A stretch of 64,000 nucleotides of DNA from Bdellovibrionota bacterium (GTDB lineage: Bacteria; Bdellovibrionota_C; UBA2361; JAFLCA01): contig CP129486.1 of NCBI GenBank assembly GCA_030584005.1, forward strand, positions 1,855,933-1,919,932, given 5' to 3'. The notes under the pieces were generated by a model that was not told the origin of the DNA, did not search any database, and saw only the letters and a program-made list of their open reading frames with translations. Made by a program: the position numbers and the translations under genes. Of the stretch, positions 26,806 through 36,338 are shown one piece after another. Positions within the stretch are counted from its first letter, which is position 1. Each line of letters begins with the position of its first letter.

Positions 26806-28289
26806 CGCCATCCGGGTATAGCCCGGTTGAAGCGCGTATCAATGAAACGATGGCTGCTCTGAGAGGGATCGCGTCTTGAGGCAGCGATAACCTGTTGGAG
26901 CGCTGCGCTCGCCCTGTGCATATCTCCGTCAGGGTAGCGCAAGACTCCGCATACACAGGGTGCCTGGACTCCGGTTGTTGATGGGAGGGTAAAGGGAATC
27001 CCCTTGACTAGACACACCGCGGCGTCCGCGAAGATGCGCGCCTCCATGGCTCCGCCGTCAAATCCGTAGTCTAACGACGGTCGGCACTGCACTGAGCCTT
27101 TAAGCACATCGCTCACGCGCCGAAACGCTGCTTGATGCTCCGGCAGGACCGGATTGAGGTCAAATCTTCCGTGCAGCAGCCCCCTAAAGTGCTCGGCGAT
27201 CACCGGATTCTCCCAACCGCCGCCACATAGCCCGAAGTGCTTGGGCAGCACCAACTGATCTGGCAGGAGCGTCAGTGAAAACATCACGGCGTAGGCCGCC
27301 AGATACTCGGCGGTGCGCATGCGATCAGGCAAGCCCAGAGGTTCTCCTCCCACGGGAGCCTGCCCCGCAAGCTCTGGCGGAAAGCGATACCATTGCGGAT
27401 CTGAGGATTTAGGGGGAGGTAGTGTGAAGAAGTTTCTGCCATCGCTTGTGATCGCCGCACCGTCAAAAAGCAAGCGCAGCAGCGCAGTGTTCACCTTGCC
27501 CTGTGCTCCGATAGCCCCGTTCTTATCGTGCGTGGCATTTCCCTCTTGCCGTGCGAGCATATCAGGAAAGTGATTGAACGGTCCTGCGTCCCATCCCATC
27601 ACGCGGGACGCGCCGGAGTTCGATTCGCAGGAAATGACACTTAGGTTTGCCGTGTTTCCGCCATTCACAAAGGCTATCGGAAAGTAGCCGCGCTTCTTCG
27701 TGTCCTCGGTAAGGTGCTGATGGTGTACCGGAGCTAGAGGAGCCCCCTCACCTCCGGCCATTATGTCATCAGATCTAAAATCATAGGCGACTGTGATGCC
27801 TATGCGATCAGCGAGTTTCTGCCCATCACCAAGTTGAATGGTATAGGGAGTAGTGCTCTTCTTACGGGCAATTGAGGGTGGGCAGTGACCGCAGGTTTGG
27901 CCGTGAAAGCCGACTATATCGATCTCCCCCTTTGAATTGACGATATTAAGGGACTGCGCTTTTCTAAGGAGCGCTTCCACTCCCTCGCTCACGCATTCAA
28001 GGTAGTTATCATGTAATTGGGAAAGCGCGTGTGTCCCCCCCACCGATTTGTTGAAGGCCGTCTCCGCTAACCCTATAGAGCCATTCGAGTCATCAAGCGC
28101 CGATCGCAACTCTCGGATCTGCTGGGCAAGAGCTTGGGGAAAGGCTTCTGAGTGAGTAAGCAGGTCCTGCATCGACCCGTCTGCTGCAAAGCGGGTAAGC
28201 ACCAGATCCACGGCATCCATTGAGTTTCCGGTCATGATGCCTATGGCGGTAAGTCTAGGTGCACTGGACATAATACATAATTGTAACAT
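26802..28289 (-). CDS. anmK: Anhydro-N-acetylmuramic acid kinase
   Basis: IGIMTGNSMDAVD, VGFHGQT, TIQLGDG, DFRSDDIMAGGEGAPLAP, NGGNTANLS, DAGPFN, CGGGWEN. Confidence 0.88.
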   Translation of the reverse strand: MLQLCIMSSAPRLTAIGIMTGNSMDAVDLVLTRFAADGSMQDLLTHSEAFPQALAQQIRELRSALDDSNGSIGLAETAFNKSVGGTHALSQLHDNYLECVSEGVEALLRKAQSLNIVNSKGEIDIVGFHGQTCGHCPPSIARKKSTTPYTIQLGDGQKLADRIGITVAYDFRSDDIMAGGEGAPLAPVHHQHLTEDTKKRGYFPIAFVNGGNTANLSVISCESNSGASRVMGWDAGPFNHFPDMLARQEGNATHDKNGAIGAQGKVNTALLRLLFDGAAITSDGRNFFTLPPPKSSDPQWYRFPPELAGQAPVGGEPLGLPDRMRTAEYLAAYAVMFSLTLLPDQLVLPKHFGLCGGGWENPVIAEHFRGLLHGRFDLNPVLPEHQAAFRRVSDVLKGSVQCRPSLDYGFDGGAMEARIFADAAVCLVKGIPFTLPSTTGVQAPCVCGVLRYPDGDMHRASAALQQVIAASRRDPSQSSHRFIDTRFNRAIPGWR

Positions 28290-28349
28290 CGATGAGAGCT
28301 ATCGCCTAGGCTCACGGATGAGGTACAGAGCACTGAAGGGCCGCGCTCT

Positions 28350-28401
28350 CTAGTAGTCAATTTTAAATGGCCGTCCAGGGCCATTTAAAAATCGCTCCTA
28401 G
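28350..28401 (+). repeat. CTAG-bounded unit, family C, short copy
   Basis: ctagtagtcaattttaaatggccgtccagggccatttaaaaatcgctcctag. Confidence 0.75.
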
Positions 28402-28433
28402 AGATACGCTGAATAAGTTCAGTGTCTCCCTAA
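28398..28433. repeat. Palindromic unit, family B, copy 5
   Basis: ctagagatacgctgaataagttcagtgtctccctaa; shares its CTAG with the preceding family C unit. Confidence 0.8.
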
Positions 28434-28588
28434 CGGACATCTCATAAATGTATTCTTTCTTCTGGCATATCCTCGGAACCCCCTCCAATATAGTAGGTCT
28501 TTCTCCGGGGCTACGGCGGATAGAAGCGGGCCATCTATGCTTGTTATGAGACCGCTTCTAGATTGTATTGGATTTGGACTGACAAATA

Positions 28589-29578
28589 ATGAAACAGCGC
28601 CTTTCACTCGTTCGCCTTCTCAATGCACTGTTGCTCCTTTTGATCGCCCTTTTGTTCGGCTCGGGCAGCATATCCTGGCACGATATCCGCTACGCCTTGG
28701 AAACTGACCCCTGGGCACCGGCGGAGCACCGCAATGCACTTGCCCTGGGTGATCAGGCCAGGGGCTCGGATGAGATAGAGATCGCTATCCAGCCGATGGA
28801 AGAGTTCGATGGCTGGGCGAGAACAGAGATCGCCAAGCGACGTGGTGCCATGGTCGCGCGCCATCCGGAGCTGGTGCAGGGTGCGTATCAGCCCTCAAGA
28901 TCCATCTTCGGACAGATCGTCAGTGGCAAGCCATGGTGGGGCATTATTGGTCAGGAATATCTGATGATTGAAGATATGTCCCGATCAACCGAGGGTCCTT
29001 CAGAAGAGAGCCGTCAGATCCTAAACCCGTTTGTGCTCCTGTGGCCTGAGCACTGGAACATTTGGTACTTCCCTGAGGTGAAAGAGGTTCGAAAGAGTAT
29101 TACTAATGAAGCGCTGCACGACCCCAGCTTTCCATTAATACTCTATCCGCACTCGCTCACCTACTACCCCCGCCAAAGAACCGCGCGCCTAAGACTGCAT
29201 CTGACTGAGTACCGCCAAAGAATTGAGAAAATCTGGGGATCGTTCCCGGAAAAGAACTGGGGTGTTGGTGGGCTTAATAATTACAACGCGCGTGATTTTG
29301 GGCTTCCATTTCTGATCCCGTCTGTAGAGGAGTCCAAGAACATCAAGTTCCGTTGTGATACCGGTGCACCACGTATAGCCGAGACCACTGAGTATGTGCA
29401 TTTGGGGGGCAGCTGTCGTCAGCCGGGGGGGTGCAACAACATGAGCGGCAGTATGGGCGATACTGGATGCCGATTGGAGGTGGAGGCCGTACCTGCCTCT
29501 GTTGTGTATCATCTCTGGGGAGCGTACCCGGAGCAGAATGAAGCGCCAGCCCTTCGATTCATCCTGGAGTACCTGTAG
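28589..29578 (+). CDS. Hypothetical exported/membrane-anchored protein
   Basis: N-terminal hydrophobic helix; FGQIVSGKPWWG, NARDFG and HLGGSCRQPGGCNN motifs. Confidence 0.65.
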   Translation: MKQRLSLVRLLNALLLLLIALLFGSGSISWHDIRYALETDPWAPAEHRNALALGDQARGSDEIEIAIQPMEEFDGWARTEIAKRRGAMVARHPELVQGAYQPSRSIFGQIVSGKPWWGIIGQEYLMIEDMSRSTEGPSEESRQILNPFVLLWPEHWNIWYFPEVKEVRKSITNEALHDPSFPLILYPHSLTYYPRQRTARLRLHLTEYRQRIEKIWGSFPEKNWGVGGLNNYNARDFGLPFLIPSVEESKNIKFRCDTGAPRIAETTEYVHLGGSCRQPGGCNNMSGSMGDTGCRLEVEAVPASVVYHLWGAYPEQNEAPALRFILEYL

Positions 29579-29783
29579 CCGTCGTAGAAGCTGTTTTTTT
29601 AATCGCCTTTTGCTGCGCCAGGAGGGCAGTTTTGAATTCACTTCCGGTGTACGGTCACAGTGATTAGTTACAAGATGCTCCCTCGCTGAGCTCGCTCTCC
29701 TTTTTGTGCAATGTATCAATACGAATCACACGGAGCGGTGAGTGCAGCGAGCAAATTCTCCCGATGACTTTTGTGATGGGACG

Positions 29784-30632
29784 CTACGGATGGCTGCCGC
29801 TTAGACGGTGTGCCAGCAGGTATTCCACGAAGCGCTGCCGGGAGCTCTCGGATCGAAGCGCCTGAATATGCCCGGCCCCTTCAATCTCCCATAGCGCTTT
29901 GGGAGAGCGTGCGCGTTCAAAGAGAGCACGCGAGTGATCTGGTGGAACGATCTGGTCTGCGGTTCCATGTATGAAGAGCGTTGGAGTGGGAGCGATCTGT
30001 TCCACGACATCGAGCGGGTCATACCCCCGATCGATGGTCCAAAGGAGTGGAGTGCGCAAGAGCCTTGTGAGCCAAAACTGGTCCAGTTTCTCCCCTGCCA
30101 CGCGCCGATAGCCTGCAAAGGCACTTTGACTTATCACGGCACAGTACGGCCGTTGCGGAGCCATTTTAGCCGCTGCGTGCAACCCGATCGATCCCCCTAA
30201 GCTTTCACCATAAAGGAATAGACAAAGGTTCTTTGACCCCTCTCTCTCCTTCAGATACTCAGTGGCGATTTCAACATCCTCACTCAGTGCAGCCAGAGTT
30301 GGAGAACCTTCGGACCTGCCAAATCCGCGATAGTCGAGGGCGAAAACAGCAAATCCGACCTGAGGCAGCCAGGCTACGCTGTTGATGTGAGTACTGATGT
30401 TCTCAGCATTGCCGTGCAGGAACAGAATAGTAGCGCGATGTGTGCCTTGAGCCGGTAGATACCAGCCATGAATGCGAGGCCCCTCGGACAGGTACACGTC
30501 TTCGTAAGCGAGCCCAAGATCTTGTGGGGTTTGCACATGCTTTCGCAGCGGGTGGAAAAAAACCGAGGTGCACCCCGCAGGCATAAGCAGCAGTACAAGA
30601 AGCGCGAGTGTGCGAGTAGGACCGTGCAGCAT
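29784..30632 (-). CDS. Alpha/beta hydrolase, predicted lipoprotein
   Basis: Lipobox PAGC; FLHGNAEN, DYRGFGRS, GESLGG (Ser), HGTADQIVP (Asp), GAGH (His). Confidence 0.88.
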   Translation of the reverse strand: MLHGPTRTLALLVLLLMPAGCTSVFFHPLRKHVQTPQDLGLAYEDVYLSEGPRIHGWYLPAQGTHRATILFLHGNAENISTHINSVAWLPQVGFAVFALDYRGFGRSEGSPTLAALSEDVEIATEYLKEREGSKNLCLFLYGESLGGSIGLHAAAKMAPQRPYCAVISQSAFAGYRRVAGEKLDQFWLTRLLRTPLLWTIDRGYDPLDVVEQIAPTPTLFIHGTADQIVPPDHSRALFERARSPKALWEIEGAGHIQALRSESSRQRFVEYLLAHRLSGSHP

Positions 30633-32549
30633 TTAAAAAAACAGATCGAAATAAACCGCGCTGCTGTTTAGTACTCCCCCAATATCGCGCTCCTGGATGG
30701 TAACGAAACGGAGATTAAGGTCACGTTCAATTTGCAGCCGCAATGAACCCTCGATGCCGTAGCTTGTGAAATTGTCCCCCAGGCTATAGCGCTCAATCCA
30801 GCTCCGAGCGCTTACTCCCCACTGTTGAGTCAGGTTATGGATAACCCCGGTTTCAAACCCTGCGCCAGCGGTTGCCGTCGAGTCAAAGTAATCAGCCCCC
30901 TCCATGCCGGTGGTGATGAGGCCATAGAGGAGCGAGCCGTTGATGTCATAGGTCAGTCCCGCTCCGCCCCATAATCTTCCCACAAGGGGCCTTGAGCCCT
31001 CCCCCGTGCGTCTATGCGCGCCCACCTCAAGCCGCCATGAGAGGGGTCGTATGAACTCATCTCGTGGAGTTAGGGAGGTGGCGCGCAGAGCCTGGATCTC
31101 TTCTACCTCCACACCATCTGCCTCATTCCACCGCGTCTCCAGTCCGCCCAATACCATCTCTCCTCCTGGGAGGTAGCCGGCGGGAGGATCGATCAGTTCG
31201 TGATACACGGCACGCACTCCGAAGGTGCCAAAGAGTGTGTCATCGGCAAAGCCCGATCCGAGGGAGAGGCGCAACGTTCGATGTCCCTGTTCCGGTCTCG
31301 TGGGCGGCGTAGGCGGCGGGGGGGGTGCTGGAGCTTCCAAGCTGCTACGGGCCAAGAGAAGTGCATGTGCACGCTTGCGTAGCTCCTCTGATCGGTCGGT
31401 GGTCGATAGAATGCGGTAATTTACATACTCATAGGCGATATCGAGGGTGAGCGCCTGTTCCGAAGGAGCCAGTGAGACCAGATCCTGGTCGGCAATCGTG
31501 CGTTCCCCGCGCGCGATCTGTGCGGCCGTCGCACGGATGATCGGAGCTGCGGTTCTATCGAGGTGCCTCAAGGTGAGGGCCTTGGAAGGGCGAAAACGCA
31601 CCGCACCGACCAGCCCGTCTTCTTCAACCAGCGCACGGACTGTGTCTACCGGCAGCGCCCAAGTCGGGAACTTTGTGGTGAGCGATAAAGCCGGGCGAGC
31701 AACCTGCAGCAATGAGAGCAGGGCAAACGAGCAGTTCTCGTCGAAGTAATAGTAGGAAAAGGCAACTCGACGCAGCTCCCAAAGGTGCTGCACGATCGTC
31801 TGCACCTCCTGGAGGCTGAAGTTCAATTCATACTCCCAGATATCTCTGTCCTCCAGATCGTTATACTGGGTGACCTTGTTATAGTACGGCTCAACGGAGA
31901 AATAGCCATTGTACCCTCCAAAGAGCCCCTTGGCTGCATACACCAGGGCGTTGTCTTGAGGGTCGGCGTGCGCGGCAAAGTTGGCTGCGTAGGAAAGCAG
32001 ACGCTCGTTGTCTCCTCTCTGTGCCTGATCAAATCGAATCAAGGTATGGCCGAAGGCTGAAGCCGGGTTGTTCACGAAATATGAGGGAAATACCAGGGTG
32101 ATGCGTGCTGCATCGATGGCCTTGGACCACTGCTCGAACTCTGGGCAACGAACATCGGGAAGTAGCTGTGCTAGTTCAGGGAGGTGCGCCTGCAAGAAGG
32201 CCGTACGGGCGGGGTAACGGCATTTAGGGTGCATATCTCCCTGCTCGTCAGAGGTGAGCAGGGTTTTTAGGGTCACCAAGAGCTCATCGCGTGCCGTGAG
32301 GGGCGATGGAGCAGAGAGAAAGAACTCAGGCGATTGGACTAAGGATCTGTCCTGTGCCTCGTCGGGAGCAGAGGTAAGATGCAGCAGGGCGCGCCAGGAA
32401 GGATCTCTCCACAGCTGTAGCGATAACGCTCGCTGCTCTAAGGGGGTGGTTTCAGCTGTCGCGCGGATGGAGAACAGCGCGAGCATCAGTGGGATGAAGG
32501 AGAGTATCCCAATAGTACGATGCAATGCCGACACAAATTCTATCCGCAA
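30633..32549 (-). CDS. DUF4105 / Lnb-N-domain protein with C-terminal outer-membrane beta-barrel
   Basis: NNPASAFGHTL, GLFGGY.G.FS..PYY, EDRDIWEYEL, YYYFDENCS; C-terminal amphipathic strands ending in F. Confidence 0.8.
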   Translation of the reverse strand: MRIEFVSALHRTIGILSFIPLMLALFSIRATAETTPLEQRALSLQLWRDPSWRALLHLTSAPDEAQDRSLVQSPEFFLSAPSPLTARDELLVTLKTLLTSDEQGDMHPKCRYPARTAFLQAHLPELAQLLPDVRCPEFEQWSKAIDAARITLVFPSYFVNNPASAFGHTLIRFDQAQRGDNERLLSYAANFAAHADPQDNALVYAAKGLFGGYNGYFSVEPYYNKVTQYNDLEDRDIWEYELNFSLQEVQTIVQHLWELRRVAFSYYYFDENCSFALLSLLQVARPALSLTTKFPTWALPVDTVRALVEEDGLVGAVRFRPSKALTLRHLDRTAAPIIRATAAQIARGERTIADQDLVSLAPSEQALTLDIAYEYVNYRILSTTDRSEELRKRAHALLLARSSLEAPAPPPPPTPPTRPEQGHRTLRLSLGSGFADDTLFGTFGVRAVYHELIDPPAGYLPGGEMVLGGLETRWNEADGVEVEEIQALRATSLTPRDEFIRPLSWRLEVGAHRRTGEGSRPLVGRLWGGAGLTYDINGSLLYGLITTGMEGADYFDSTATAGAGFETGVIHNLTQQWGVSARSWIERYSLGDNFTSYGIEGSLRLQIERDLNLRFVTIQERDIGGVLNSSAVYFDLFF

Positions 32550-32624
32550 CTATTTGCTATTCCGATCCTGTCCGAGCAACGGGCTTTCTGCCCTGCTCAG
32601 GAATGCTTTTATGTGAAAGGTGGG

Positions 32625-32665
32625 AAAAATAAAAGGAGGTTGATCTGAAAACTAGATCAACCTCC
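32625..32665 (-). terminator. Rho-independent terminator after the DUF3015 gene
   Basis: ggaggttgatct-gaaaact-agatcaacctcc with plus-strand aaaaataaaa (U-tract on minus strand). Confidence 0.8.
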
Positions 32666-32692
32666 CCTGGAATTGTCGCAATGTTGAGGACT

Positions 32693-33181
32693 TTAGATCC
32701 TTGCTACAAGACTTGAGAGCTCGCTATCCGCAGCCAGCACTCCCTTGATCGACTGCAATGCTTCCGATGAGGTGGTTTCCTCAGTTGGGAAGATCGCTGC
32801 AAAGTTATCCTTTAGCGAAGCGTTGAGCTTGGTCTTTGTCTCACCTTCTGCGCCTAGTAATGCAGCAAACGCATCGAGGCTCTCCCCTTCCCCACGTGAC
32901 ATGTCGCGTGCAAGCTTGGTCATATTCTCGTCAACGAACGCTGCCGTCTGCCAGCTAGAGGTAACAGTGCCCTCCTGCGTACATCCGGAAGTGCCCGAGG
33001 TGATGGCGAATGTCTGGTTGCCGGAAGTACCGTTTGTGGTGGCAGCCAATACCTGGGGGGCGATACCACTTTGACCTTGAAAAACTTTGGATCCCCATCC
33101 ACAGCTCCCCACATTATTGTTCGCAAACGCGGACGCGGGAATCAAAGCACACGCCCCAAGGGCCAGAAAAAACTTATTCAT
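32693..33181 (-). CDS. DUF3015-family secreted protein
   Basis: Signal MNKFFLALG..AFA; NVGSCGWGSKVF, LAATTNGTSGNQTFAITSGTSGC, LARDMSRGEGESL; GGAGA SD before ATG 33181. Confidence 0.85.
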   Translation of the reverse strand: MNKFFLALGACALIPASAFANNNVGSCGWGSKVFQGQSGIAPQVLAATTNGTSGNQTFAITSGTSGCTQEGTVTSSWQTAAFVDENMTKLARDMSRGEGESLDAFAALLGAEGETKTKLNASLKDNFAAIFPTEETTSSEALQSIKGVLAADSELSSLVARI

Positions 33182-33368
33182 GGACGAATCTCCTAAGCGA
33201 TATAGATCTCCCATGCCCCCGGAATGGGTGGCCTGTATGAGAGAATTGTTAACTTGCGCACTATATAAACGAAGCGACCCACTCGGCCAGCTATAAAATG
33301 TACGTTCCCCGGTATGGATAAATTTTATAAAGGAGTTATAAAGAGAGTGATTTAACGGAGAATTACAT

Positions 33369-33581
33369 ATGAAGAACCCACATCCGCTTACAACGCTGAA
33401 TATACTGGGGGCTTTCTCGGCAGTGCTCTTGCTTGCTGCATGCTCCAATGTGGAGCAAGGAACCGGTCAGGCGCTCGGAAATATTGGCAGCGCGATTGAG
33501 CACGAGTCAAAGAAAGTGTGGATTGCACCAGGCGAAAAGAGCTCAAAGCGTGACGAGGAGGAGGATTCTCGAAGGTATTAG
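33369..33581 (+). CDS. Small lipoprotein (entericidin-like)
   Basis: Lipobox LAAC then SNVEQGTGQALGNIGSAIEHESKK, similar to the EcnA/B CNT..G.G.DI...G.AI pattern. Confidence 0.55.
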   Translation: MKNPHPLTTLNILGAFSAVLLLAACSNVEQGTGQALGNIGSAIEHESKKVWIAPGEKSSKRDEEEDSRRY

Positions 33582-33632
33582 GACTCTCGAACTTATCCGG
33601 CGGCCACAATCTGGAAGTGAGCAGCAGGCAGT

Positions 33633-35384
33633 ATGACTCTCACGGCAGTTTCAGGAAATCGTGCGCTTCCCATTTCGGAGTTGAGGCTCCCCACTGAGGG
33701 AGTACAGGGGCACCTGTTTGATGCGGGGTATGCTATCCCGCTTGGACTTAGACTGCCACTCAGCCAGATCGTCAGCATCGTCGGCCTCGACACCGGTGAT
33801 GAGGGCAAAGGAAGAACCTGTTTCGACATGGCCGATCGGATTCGGCTTTGCACGGGGTGTGAGGATGCCGTAGCAATCGGATTCAAGCCCAACGGCGGTG
33901 CAAACTCTGGCCACTCAGCCGGCAATTTCAAATTCAATCTCATACCATCCTCAGCCGCCGATCCGTTGGTACCCTGCCTTGCCTTGGGCGCGGGAGTAGT
34001 GGCCGATCCGCTGAAGCTGCATTGGGAGGTCAGATCCTTAGAGGCGCAGGGGCTGACTGTGTGGCCCCGTCTCCGGCTCTCTCATAAGTTGCAGCTCAGC
34101 GATATCACCCATCGTGTACTGGATCTGGCCGAAGAACATTACCGTACGGTGGTTGCGGGGACCCCAAGAGGCTCAACAGGGCGCGGGATTAGTCCGGCTT
34201 TTCAGGCAGAGACCGGTCAGCGGCAGATCCACTATGTAAGCTTTCACGGCTCGAAGGATCTGTTCGCAAGCGCCATGCGTGAACGGGCTGCCACAGCCGA
34301 ACGCATGATACAACATGTATGGAAGGTCCCGGCGCAGGAGTGGTTCGCTTTTTTCGAAAAATTAAGCAGCGCCGAGGAACGTGCCAATAAGGCGGCGGTC
34401 GAGATCGGTGCGCTGGTGAAGGAGGAACTGGATCTCCGACGCTTCTGCACCGATCAGCCCTTTACATTCGCGGTTGATCGCATGATCGAAGAGTATTGGG
34501 AGGTCGGACAAGCAGTGCGCGCACATATCACTGATGTGAGTGAGCTGCTGATGGAAGCGCTGCGAGGGGGCCGCTACATAATTGTCGAGTTTGGTCAGGC
34601 CTACTGGCTTGATAAACGACATGGACACGCGCCTAATACAACCTCGTCCCACACGACGACTCCCGAGTTTTTCGAGTCCGCCGGAATACCGATCCAACCT
34701 GTGCACATCTCGGGCGCTGCGAAGGTATATGATACGAAAGTGGGAACCCATCATTTCCCGACCGAGATTCCCCTGGGGCACCCATTAGGCGATCTGTTGA
34801 GGACGATAGAGTTCGGCACCACTACAGGACGTCAGCGCATGGTGGGCTGGCCCGATACGGTTGCCAAAGGGCATGCCATTCGTCATTCCGGCATTACTGA
34901 ACTTAATCTCTTGAAGCTTGATGTGCTGAACTATCGCGGCGATTGGCAGCAGGGGAAGCTGCGTATCTGCGCGGCCTACCGAACTGCAGAGGGTAAAGAG
35001 CTGTATCAGGTCCCACTGCATGAGGAGGAATGGAAAGGCTGTACTCCCGTGTACATAGATCTCGATGCGTGGAGCGAGGATCTGCAAGGTGTGCGCAGCT
35101 TCAATGAGCTGCCTGAGGCAGCGAAGCTGTATGTTGCTGCTATTTATGTGGCGACGATGCGTTGTGCCCACCTCGGAACATTGCCACCTTACGACCAGTT
35201 ACCGCCGATTGGATTCGTCGGTGTCGGTCCGGGACGGGGGGAGGTGCTCACCGATTGCTACTCGCCGGCTCGACTCATCGAGATGGTGAGACGCGCTGGA
35301 ATCATGGCTGACTTCCTGGGGACTGCGGCCCCTGCCCCAACGACGCCCCTTCAAGAAGAGACAAGAATTGCAGTGGCTACTTAA
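33633..35384 (+). CDS. purA: Adenylosuccinate synthetase, long and divergent
   Basis: GLDTGDEGKGR, GGANSGH, GSTGRGISPAF, LDKRHG..TTSS, FPTE, EFGTTTGRQRMVGW, KLDVL, GVGPGR. Confidence 0.88.
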   Translation: MTLTAVSGNRALPISELRLPTEGVQGHLFDAGYAIPLGLRLPLSQIVSIVGLDTGDEGKGRTCFDMADRIRLCTGCEDAVAIGFKPNGGANSGHSAGNFKFNLIPSSAADPLVPCLALGAGVVADPLKLHWEVRSLEAQGLTVWPRLRLSHKLQLSDITHRVLDLAEEHYRTVVAGTPRGSTGRGISPAFQAETGQRQIHYVSFHGSKDLFASAMRERAATAERMIQHVWKVPAQEWFAFFEKLSSAEERANKAAVEIGALVKEELDLRRFCTDQPFTFAVDRMIEEYWEVGQAVRAHITDVSELLMEALRGGRYIIVEFGQAYWLDKRHGHAPNTTSSHTTTPEFFESAGIPIQPVHISGAAKVYDTKVGTHHFPTEIPLGHPLGDLLRTIEFGTTTGRQRMVGWPDTVAKGHAIRHSGITELNLLKLDVLNYRGDWQQGKLRICAAYRTAEGKELYQVPLHEEEWKGCTPVYIDLDAWSEDLQGVRSFNELPEAAKLYVAAIYVATMRCAHLGTLPPYDQLPPIGFVGVGPGRGEVLTDCYSPARLIEMVRRAGIMADFLGTAAPAPTTPLQEETRIAVAT

Positions 35385-35424
35385 AGCCTTTGCCGTGAAA
35401 ACGCGCCCTTGCAGAGACTGACGA

Positions 35425-36216
35425 TTACACTTCGACATCCCTTAGTATGCTGGTGATGGAGTCAACAAGCTCTGGGCGCCCTATGGCGGCACTACAACGT
35501 CCTGAAGCCCAGGGGGTTGGTTCTCTGAGCCAGCGGAAGAGCCTGCCGGACTCCTCGGCAATAATCGGTGCAGCGGCGATATCCCAGAGCTTTAAATTGA
35601 GCTCCACCGAGGCATCAAGTTTGCCGCTCGCCGCAAGTGCCTGGGAATAGCAGGTCCAGAAGGTCCGATAGTCAGGGAATGCGCCGCTTAGCTTTTCAAG
35701 CGCAGTGGTAGGAATGTCCGAACGGGTGAGGCTCTTTGCGGGCGGCAGAGCGATGAGAGGACTCTTGGGCGCTGCTGCCCCAGGCGGGGCTATCTTCTCC
35801 TCGTTCCAGAAAGCGCCCAGTCCCTTTGCGGCAAAGCATCGATCGTTAAGCGCCGGAAAATCGAACATCCCAGCAATAGAGACGTGGTTAATGAAACACC
35901 CCAACACGAGTCCAAAGGTGGAAAGCCCGTGCACGAAGTCGGCGGTTCCATCGATGGGATCGACGACCCATTGAATTTCTGCATCCGGATTGGTGTGACC
36001 AAACTCCTCTCCCAGAACCCCCGCACTCGGCATACTGTCGGCTACGATCTCCCGTACAAGTGTCTCCACCGCTTGGTCAACCTCGCTCACTAATGACCCA
36101 TCCGCTTTCTGCTCTATCTTGTAGGCCCTACGCCAGCGGTTGAGCACGATTGGGCGTGCCCTTTCCGCGATGGTCAGTGCAATGGTGAGCGCTTGGCGAG
36201 AAAGTTCAGTGTTCAT
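35425..36216 (-). CDS. Inositol monophosphatase family (histidinol-phosphatase-like)
   Basis: KADGSLVSEVD, LGEEFG, WVVDPIDGTADF, KLWDIAA. Confidence 0.85.
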   Translation of the reverse strand: MNTELSRQALTIALTIAERARPIVLNRWRRAYKIEQKADGSLVSEVDQAVETLVREIVADSMPSAGVLGEEFGHTNPDAEIQWVVDPIDGTADFVHGLSTFGLVLGCFINHVSIAGMFDFPALNDRCFAAKGLGAFWNEEKIAPPGAAAPKSPLIALPPAKSLTRSDIPTTALEKLSGAFPDYRTFWTCYSQALAASGKLDASVELNLKLWDIAAAPIIAEESGRLFRWLREPTPWASGRCSAAIGRPELVDSITSILRDVEV

Positions 36217-36338
36217 GGGGTGGCCCAGGGGTAAAGAGAGCGATTAGCCTAACCTCTTGAAGTATGGTATACGTAACAGCAAATTGAAAACGTGCTGAGT
36301 CGATTGCCTTAGCTACGTTGTAGCGTAAGGTTATTGTA

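Noticed and set aside
33182-33448. N-terminal extension of the DUF3015 ORF
   Set aside because: AT-rich divergent promoter region that overlaps the small lipoprotein gene; the signal peptide and SD point to ATG 33181
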